From Minisyncoccota bacterium (GTDB lineage: Bacteria > Patescibacteriota > Minisyncoccia > Phycocordibacterales > UBA1006), in contig JALEGN010000013.1 of the NCBI GenBank assembly GCA_022763365.1, forward strand, positions 1 through 42,117: a stretch of DNA of 42,117 nt. The letters are read 5' to 3'. Both the position numbers and the translations under genes were made by a program. The notes below the pieces were generated by a model. That model saw only the letters and a program-made list of their open reading frames with translations. It ran no database searches and was not told the DNA's origin. How positions within the stretch are numbered: position 1 is the stretch's first letter; each line of letters opens with the position of its first letter. Below, piece by piece: positions 35,556 through 42,117 of the stretch.

Positions 35556-38201
35556 TTAGAGGTGTTTCTTCAAAAACTCTCCTGTTACTGATTTTTTATT
35601 ATCGGCAATATTTTCTGGTGTTCCTTTGGCAACAACCTTCCCTCCTTCATCACCTGACTTTGGACCAAAATCAATAATGTGATCGGCACATTTAATTAAA
35701 TCCATATTATGTTCAATCACTACCACCGTATTTCCTTTATTTACGAGCCGCTGAACAATATCAATGAGTTTATTCACATCTTCAAAATGTAGCCCAACCG
35801 TAGGTTCATCAAGAAGATATAGTGTTTTATCAAGCTGTGGTCTATATAATTCTGAAGAGATTTTTACTCGTTGTGACTCACCACCCGAGAGGGTGTTGGC
35901 TGGTTGACCAAGTCTCAAGTAACCAAGTCCAGTTTCTAATAGCGTTTTTAATCGATCGTTAATAGCTGGAATATCTTTAAAGAATTCTTGTGCCTCTTCA
36001 ATAGTCATATTCAAAACATCTGAAATATTTTTTCCTTTGAATTTCACCTCAAGCGTTTCTCGTTCATATCGTGAACCCATACAAATATCACACAATACAT
36101 ATACCGTTGGAAGGAATCCCATTTCAACCGCTACTTCCCCGCGACCAGCACAAGCTTCGCAGCGCCCACCTTTGGTGTTGAATGAAAAACGCCCTGCTTT
36201 CCAACCACGAATCTGAGCCTCAGTAGTTTCAGCAAAAAGATCACGGATATGGTCAAAAGCACCCGTATAGGTTGCTGGGTTTGACCGTGGTGTTCGCCCA
36301 ATCGGAGACTGATCAAGAACAATCCCACGAGAAATTTGTCCGAAGCCATGAGCCGTATGAGCCCGAATAACTTCATTTGATTTTTTACGACGAGATAATC
36401 GAGCCTCCATATTCTTAGCCAAGACACCATGCATAAATGATGATTTTCCAGATCCTGAAACCCCAGCAATTACCGTAAGTTTATTTAACGGAATTTCAAC
36501 ATTAATATTTTTAAGATTATTATGAACGATACCTAAAAGTTCAATACCGCCTTTATCTTTAGTACGTCTTCGTTCAGGCAAAGATACCGTTTTCTCACCA
36601 GTAAGATACTGTAAGGTCAAAGACTTTTTAATAGCGGTTTTTGATTTTAAGAGTTTTGATAGTTCATCAGCAACGATAACTTCTCCACCATGTTCACCGG
36701 CTCCTGGACCAATTTCAATCAAATAATCTGACGCATGAATGGTTTCTTCATCATGTTCAACAACAATAATAGTATTTCCTTTATCAGTTAACTCACGTAA
36801 GGTTCTGATTAATCGTGCATTATCACGGGCATGTAAACCGATCGTTGGCTCATCAAGAACATATAAGGCTCCTACGAGTTGTGAACCTAATTGTGAGGCA
36901 AGACGAATACGTTGTGATTCCCCACCCGATAAGGTGTGAGCCTTTCGTCCCAACGAAAGATATTCCAAACCAACCGACATAAGGAATTCCAGCCGGTTTT
37001 CAATCTCACGTAACAGTGGTGCGGCGATTTTCTGCTCTTTTTCAGTTAAATCAATCTCTGCCATAAAAGCGTAAGCCTCTTCAATTTTCATATCAACAAA
37101 AGTATCAATATTCTTTCGTCCTTCTTCGGTATCCTCAACATTTCCATCTTTGTCATATTTTCCGATAAAAACCTGGAGCGCCTCAGGACGTAGTCGTGCC
37201 CCCATACATTCTGGACACACATCTTCTCCGAACATATGTTTTGTCCCTAAACCATTACAGGTTGGACAAGCACCATAGGGAGAGTTAAATGAAAATAAGC
37301 GCGGTTCAATTTCAGGAAAGACATAGCCATCTTCTGGACATACTAGTTTTGCAGAAAGGAGTACCTCATCAATAGCTTTTCTATTCTCAGTTTCTATATA
37401 AATTTTTATCATTCCCTCTGATTCATCGATGGCTTTTTCCACGGCCTCACCAAGACGCAGCCTTACATCATCAGGATTATCAGCAAATTCATGTACTGCA
37501 AATGAATCCACTACAAAATCAATATCGTGTTTTTTTGTTTTTGAGAGTTTAATCTGATTACGCAGATTTTTCATTTCGCCATCCACCTTGGCATAACCGT
37601 ATCCTTTGTTCAACATATCATAGAGTAATTGATAATGTTCTCCCTTTCGTCCACGAATCACTGGTGCTGTAATATGAATTTGCATTTCATCAACGGTCAC
37701 ACCCATTATTTTTTTGGCTTTTTTGGGGTCTTGATGTTTTTCTACAAGTTTAAAAACAAAATCAAGGATTTCCTGATTAGAAAGTTTTTGAATACGTAAT
37801 CCTGAAATAGGAGAAAATGGTTGACCCACGCGGGCAAAGAGAATACGTAGATAATCATATATTTCAGTAATCGTGGCTACAGTCGACCTGGGATTATTTG
37901 AACGTGTTTTCTGATCAATAGAAATAGCTGGGGAAAGACCTGTAATTTCATCAACATCGGGTTTTGACATCTGATTCAAAAACTGGCGAGCATAGGTGGA
38001 AAGTGATTCTACATACCGCCTTTGCCCTTCGGCAAAAATCGTATCAAAAGCAAGTGAGGATTTCCCAGAACCCGAAAGACCCGTAATACAGGTCATTTTA
38101 TTACGAGGTATTTTTAAGGTAATATCCTTCAAATTATGCGTTCGTGCTCCTTTGACAGTAATCCATTCTTGGTTATAGGTGTTTTCTTTTTTGTTTGCCA
38201 T
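35556..38201 (-). CDS. uvrA: Excinuclease ABC subunit A (insertion domain deleted)
   Basis: GARTHNLK, GLSGSGKSSLAFDT, two LSGGE signatures, GVSGSGKS, FSFNTKGGRCEAC. Confidence 0.97.
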   Translation of the reverse strand: MANKKENTYNQEWITVKGARTHNLKDITLKIPRNKMTCITGLSGSGKSSLAFDTIFAEGQRRYVESLSTYARQFLNQMSKPDVDEITGLSPAISIDQKTRSNNPRSTVATITEIYDYLRILFARVGQPFSPISGLRIQKLSNQEILDFVFKLVEKHQDPKKAKKIMGVTVDEMQIHITAPVIRGRKGEHYQLLYDMLNKGYGYAKVDGEMKNLRNQIKLSKTKKHDIDFVVDSFAVHEFADNPDDVRLRLGEAVEKAIDESEGMIKIYIETENRKAIDEVLLSAKLVCPEDGYVFPEIEPRLFSFNSPYGACPTCNGLGTKHMFGEDVCPECMGARLRPEALQVFIGKYDKDGNVEDTEEGRKNIDTFVDMKIEEAYAFMAEIDLTEKEQKIAAPLLREIENRLEFLMSVGLEYLSLGRKAHTLSGGESQRIRLASQLGSQLVGALYVLDEPTIGLHARDNARLIRTLRELTDKGNTIIVVEHDEETIHASDYLIEIGPGAGEHGGEVIVADELSKLLKSKTAIKKSLTLQYLTGEKTVSLPERRRTKDKGGIELLGIVHNNLKNINVEIPLNKLTVIAGVSGSGKSSFMHGVLAKNMEARLSRRKKSNEVIRAHTAHGFGQISRGIVLDQSPIGRTPRSNPATYTGAFDHIRDLFAETTEAQIRGWKAGRFSFNTKGGRCEACAGRGEVAVEMGFLPTVYVLCDICMGSRYERETLEVKFKGKNISDVLNMTIEEAQEFFKDIPAINDRLKTLLETGLGYLRLGQPANTLSGGESQRVKISSELYRPQLDKTLYLLDEPTVGLHFEDVNKLIDIVQRLVNKGNTVVVIEHNMDLIKCADHIIDFGPKSGDEGGKVVAKGTPENIADNKKSVTGEFLKKHL

Positions 38202-38319
38202 ACTAACTATTAACTATAACAAGAATTGTTTTTTATAAAAGAATAAGCTGATATGTATACATAAATAATAAATTGACTTATTTTAAATACATGCAAAAAT
38301 TTAACAAAACACCTTATTT

Positions 38320-38715
38320 ATGAAAATATATATTATTCCCTATACTCAAACCCACGTTGGTAATATTGTGGAGATCTGGGGATTGGATCAAAATTTCTTT
38401 GAAACTGAAATAATCGGTGATGTATCCTTAGAATATGGAAGCATTTTCTGTAGCTCACAAATTGATCTCGTCTGTGAACTGACTAATTTTGTAACAGAGT
38501 CTCAAGAGGCAACATTTAATTTTATTTCTGATCTTGGAGATATGTTAGAAGATTTCTCCTTTCAACCTGAGCAAATTGAGTGTGCAATGCTGGTACAGAA
38601 AGAATTTTGTAAAGATATATCTCTATATATTGAAGGCACAGAATTTGTTTTCCCTAAAGTAGGAAATCTAGAAATCAGGAATGGAATCTTTGAAATTCAA
38701 AACGATACAACATGA
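38320..38715 (+). CDS. Acidic hypothetical protein (orphan)
   Basis: 131-aa ORF with ATGA overlap to the next gene. Confidence 0.6.
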   Translation: MKIYIIPYTQTHVGNIVEIWGLDQNFFETEIIGDVSLEYGSIFCSSQIDLVCELTNFVTESQEATFNFISDLGDMLEDFSFQPEQIECAMLVQKEFCKDISLYIEGTEFVFPKVGNLEIRNGIFEIQNDTT

Positions 38716-39287
38716 AAAAACATATAACGAAGAAGCAATGGCTTCTATTATCAGTTTTACTTTTCTTCATTATTGGCATTAAAAAATATGCTGACTATCG
38801 TTGGTATGAATCACAAAGTGATCTTTATAAAAAGTCACACAGACAAATTGAGTTTTATGAATCACATCTTAATCTTGATATCTATATAAGTCATGAAATG
38901 TGTGAGTATTATGAAGAAAAAGGGATGAACTGTTCTTGGGAACTTAATATTCCTTATCGTTATTATTCATCAGAATATAATAAAAAACGTGATCAATGGT
39001 TTCTTTACGTGTATCAAAATGATATTGAAAATACTAAACGTATTTCAGCAGAATCAGTACGTATTATTGAAGGAGCCGAAGAAATTTTTAGCAAAGAGTC
39101 TTGGATCTATGTCGATGAAGAAAAGATTATGGAAAATCATCCTAACACTCAATTTATTGCAAACAGAGCTTATTACTATGTATGCCTTGGTGAAGATTGT
39201 GAGGAGATTCTGATTCTTGATTACCTCGGTAATCAAGCATACGAAAACAAAAAAATACAAATACCTACCCCACCAATCGTGGAATAG
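38712..39287 (+). CDS. Hypothetical protein with N-terminal membrane anchor
   Basis: MKKHITKKQWLLLSVLLFFIIGI anchor; Tyr-rich with four Cys. Confidence 0.7.
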   Translation: MKKHITKKQWLLLSVLLFFIIGIKKYADYRWYESQSDLYKKSHRQIEFYESHLNLDIYISHEMCEYYEEKGMNCSWELNIPYRYYSSEYNKKRDQWFLYVYQNDIENTKRISAESVRIIEGAEEIFSKESWIYVDEEKIMENHPNTQFIANRAYYYVCLGEDCEEILILDYLGNQAYENKKIQIPTPPIVE

Positions 39288-39294
39288 GTATTTT

Positions 39295-41322
39295 TTATTT
39301 TGCTGAAAGCCTTCCTTCCAATTCAATTATCTGATCACGCACAATCGCTGCACGTTCAAAATCTAATTCACTCACCGCATCATTCATTGCACGTTTTTTA
39401 TATTTAATGAGTTTCTTTATATTACCACCAAAAGCGGCCAAATCAGTATCTAATTCATTTATCACCGTTTCAACGTGTTCAGATTGCATGCGTTCAGTGA
39501 TATCTTTGATATTTTTTTTGATAGTTTTTGGTGTAATACCGTGTTCTTTGTTATACGCCATTTGTAGTTCACGGCGACGAGCTGTTTCGTCAATCGCATA
39601 CTGCAAAGAATCCGTCATAATATCAGCATAGACAATTACACGCCCGCGGTCGTTTCGGGCCGCACGTCCGATCGTTTGAATCAATGAGGTTTCAGATCGC
39701 AAAAATCCAGCCTTATCAGCGTCTAAAATTCCAATAAGGGTGACCTCTGGCATATCGAGTCCTTCACGCAACAAATTGACCCCAATTAAAATATCAAACT
39801 CACCTTTTCTAAATTCGGTAATAATTTTAATTCGATCCATTGTTTTAACATCACTATGGAGATACTCAGCTTTGATTCCTTTATCCTTAAGATAAGTTGA
39901 AAGATCTTCAGCCATTTTTTTTGTTAAGGTTGTTGCCAAGACACGTCCGCCTTCAGCGATTTCAGACTCAGCCTCAGCAATGAAATCTTGGATTTGCCCT
40001 GGGTAAGCTCCATCATCTGTCGCCTTAACTCCGTGTTGGACAATAATTGGATCCAAAAGTCCCGTTGGTCTAATAATTTGTTCAACGACTTGCTCTGAGA
40101 CTTCTTTTTCATAGTCAGATGGTGTTGCCGAAACATAGAGTTGTTGTCCTACACGCTCTTCAAATTCTTCAAACCGGAGTGGTCTATTATCTTTAGCACT
40201 TGGCAATCTAAATCCATGATGTACCAGATTTTCTTTACGTGCCTGGTCTCCTCGATACATAGCGCGTATCTGAGGAATCGTCACATGTGACTCGTCGATA
40301 ATAGTTAAAAATTCTGGATTTCCATTTTCATCATGTGGAAAATATGAAATTAAGGTATCTGGTGCCTCACCCTCAGCTTTACCAGAGAGGTGGCGGGAAT
40401 AGTTTTCGATACCACTACAATACCCGACCTCTCGAATCATGGCGAGGTCATATTCTGTTCGTCGTTTTAATCGATCAGCTTCGAGGATTTTGGTATTATC
40501 ATGGAAATATTTTAATTGAGCATCCAACTCTTCTTTAATCGCTGTCATGGCAGCATCTTTTTTACCACCATCGGTGATAAAGTGCTTTGCCGGGAAAATA
40601 AGAATCTGATCAATCGTTTCTAAAACCACTCCCGATATTGGATTAATGATACGAATCTGATCAATTTTTCCTGCCATAATATCAATGCTGTACATTATTT
40701 TCTCAGACGAAGTCGGCATAATATCAATCGTATTCCCAAGCGATCTAAATGATCCTGGTGTTAAATCGGCTGTCGTACGTTCAAAATGAATTTCCACCAA
40801 ACGGCGCATAATATCAGTTTTAGACAGCTTATCTCCTACATTAATAAGAAAGTTCTTTTTAAGATATTCCTTAGGAGAACCTAAACCATAGATACAAGAA
40901 ACTGAGGCAACAATAATAACATCATCACGAGACAGTAGAGACTGAGTTGTGGCATGACGCAATTTATTAATCTCATCATTAATTTGTGCGTCTTTTTCGA
41001 TGTAAGTATCAGAGGCTGCAACGTAGGCTTCGGGTTGATAGTAATCATAATAGGAGACAAAATAGTGAACCGCTGCATCAGGAAAAAATTCTTCAAACTC
41101 CTGAGCCAACTGAGCCGCCAAAGTTTTATTATGCGCAATCACCAAAGTTGGTTTTTGAACCTCATTAATGACATTCGCCATAGTAAACGTCTTCCCTGAA
41201 CCAGTAACCCCAAGAAGTGTTTGTTTTTCCTGCCCCTTATTGAGTCCATCAACTAAGGCTTCGATGGCTTTGGGTTGATCTCCAGCGGGCTTGTATTCAG
41301 AAACAAGTTTGAATTTTGACAT
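39295..41322 (-). CDS. uvrB: Excinuclease ABC subunit B
   Basis: PAGDQP, GVTGSGKT, YYDYYQPEAY, IDESH, NLLREGLD, QTIGRAARN, C-terminal UVR domain. Confidence 0.98.
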   Translation of the reverse strand: MSKFKLVSEYKPAGDQPKAIEALVDGLNKGQEKQTLLGVTGSGKTFTMANVINEVQKPTLVIAHNKTLAAQLAQEFEEFFPDAAVHYFVSYYDYYQPEAYVAASDTYIEKDAQINDEINKLRHATTQSLLSRDDVIIVASVSCIYGLGSPKEYLKKNFLINVGDKLSKTDIMRRLVEIHFERTTADLTPGSFRSLGNTIDIMPTSSEKIMYSIDIMAGKIDQIRIINPISGVVLETIDQILIFPAKHFITDGGKKDAAMTAIKEELDAQLKYFHDNTKILEADRLKRRTEYDLAMIREVGYCSGIENYSRHLSGKAEGEAPDTLISYFPHDENGNPEFLTIIDESHVTIPQIRAMYRGDQARKENLVHHGFRLPSAKDNRPLRFEEFEERVGQQLYVSATPSDYEKEVSEQVVEQIIRPTGLLDPIIVQHGVKATDDGAYPGQIQDFIAEAESEIAEGGRVLATTLTKKMAEDLSTYLKDKGIKAEYLHSDVKTMDRIKIITEFRKGEFDILIGVNLLREGLDMPEVTLIGILDADKAGFLRSETSLIQTIGRAARNDRGRVIVYADIMTDSLQYAIDETARRRELQMAYNKEHGITPKTIKKNIKDITERMQSEHVETVINELDTDLAAFGGNIKKLIKYKKRAMNDAVSELDFERAAIVRDQIIELEGRLSAK

Positions 41323-41349
41323 ATCTCCACTATAGCTTATTCATGTAAC

Positions 41350-41374
41350 AAAAAAAGCCTGAAGATTTCAGGCT
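41350..41374 (-). terminator. Intrinsic terminator
   Basis: Minus strand reads AGCCTGAA-ATC-TTCAGGCT-TTTTTT. Confidence 0.8.
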
Positions 41375-41397
41375 AAGGTTTTTAGTTGTTGGACAAA

Positions 41398-41541
41398 TCA
41401 ACGTGGTTTACGGAAAAAATTCATTGGTTGTTTTACGATACGAGAATTTTTGCCACTGGTTGAATTATGAGCTCGCATAATTTGTGAGGTTCCTTGGCTC
41501 ATTCCCCATAATCCTTCAGATACACGTGTTTTTTGTTTCAT
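41398..41541 (-). CDS. Small basic hypothetical protein (47 aa; not in ORF track)
   Basis: MKQKTRVSEGLWGMSQGTSQIMRAHNSTSGKNSRIVKQPMNFFRKPR; own promoter (TTGATT-16-TAAATT) and terminator. Confidence 0.5.
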   Translation of the reverse strand: MKQKTRVSEGLWGMSQGTSQIMRAHNSTSGKNSRIVKQPMNFFRKPR

Positions 41542-41649
41542 TTTGTTAGTTTTTTATTAAATTAAAGAATATTTGAGTTAGTAAATTTAGCAAAAGCAAA
41601 AAAATAATCAAGATCTTTAAAATATAGAATTAATCAGTACAATTAAACC

Positions 41650-41937
41650 ATGCGAGGTAATAAAACAACCGCTATTGATTCAGTGAAAATCATTAATAAA
41701 CTCTTTAAAAAACATGGTGTTACTCATACAAGTTTTGGCATCATTGTCTCGATCAAAGGTCGCCGTGATCATAGAACAACTATCAAACATAATTTAGAGT
41801 CAGGGTGCCATCTCCTAACCGTGACCCAAAAACGATACAAACAAGAATATCGAATTTATGATGATGTTTCTAAGGAGGTTATTATGAATATTCTTTCAAA
41901 CAACTTAGGGGAACAATTCAGAATATTGGATAGTTAA
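41650..41937 (+). CDS. Hypothetical protein
   Basis: 95-aa basic ORF; TACAAT lies 6 nt before the ATG. Confidence 0.7.
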   Translation: MRGNKTTAIDSVKIINKLFKKHGVTHTSFGIIVSIKGRRDHRTTIKHNLESGCHLLTVTQKRYKQEYRIYDDVSKEVIMNILSNNLGEQFRILDS

Positions 41938-42117
41938 CAACCTTCTACTTCTCGGTACCCTAAATCAAGTGCCTGCTGAAGGTTAACGAAAAAGATTCTA
42001 TTTTCTTCTTTGATACGTTCACCTTTTGAACAATTCAGAGGATATACCACCTCACCACTTTTTGAGGCAAAGTATTTGGTATTTGTTTCCTTGAGGAGTT
42101 GATACTCATTCCATAAT
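41934..42117 (-). CDS. 5'-truncated protein ending in an Ada-type metal-binding-like domain
   Basis: ...KYFASKSGEVVYPLNCSKGERIKEENRIFFVNLQQALDLGYREVEGC*; stop shares TTAA with the convergent gene. Confidence 0.65.
   Translation of the reverse strand, partial: LWNEYQLLKETNTKYFASKSGEVVYPLNCSKGERIKEENRIFFVNLQQALDLGYREVEGC

Noticed and set aside
1-42117. Alternative genetic code 25 (TGA=Gly, as in Gracilibacteria/Absconditabacteria)
   Set aside because: Conserved genes are full length under code 11, and TGA terminates grpE and the ORF at 38715.

Overview
AT-rich, gene-dense bacterial chromosome segment using standard code 11 (TGA is a stop, e.g. the ATGA overlap at 38712-38715). Gene content points by inference to Patescibacteria/CPR (Parcubacteria-like): truncated AlaRS, short L13, standalone VirD4/TraD-like ATPase, PaaX/Cas2-like regulator, FtsA-like plus baseplate-J-like pair, and a sigma70-r4/HARE-HTH protein. 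Core genes are dnaB, recR, rplU, cysS, grpE-dnaK-dnaJ, the infA-rpmJ-rpsM-rpsK-rpsD-rpoA-rplQ-rplM-rpsI operon, alaS, mnmA, mltG, uvrB and uvrA. They are interspersed with AT-rich orphan transcription units and a probably horizontally acquired nhaB. I saw no rRNA, tRNA, CRISPR array, integrase or transposase. Best leads: (1) a -10 box sits 6-7 nt before the start codon of about 15 genes, implying pervasive leaderless mRNAs; (2) a PaaX/Cas2-fold regulator lies divergent from grpE-dnaK-dnaJ, with a near-perfect palindrome over the grpE promoter and no hrcA/CIRCE at the locus; (3) strand-specific hairpins with tandem GA mismatches follow two stop codons; (4) L36 is cysteine-free and UvrA lacks its insertion domain; (5) several small ORFs are missing from the ORF track. 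All family assignments come from motif recognition, not database searches.
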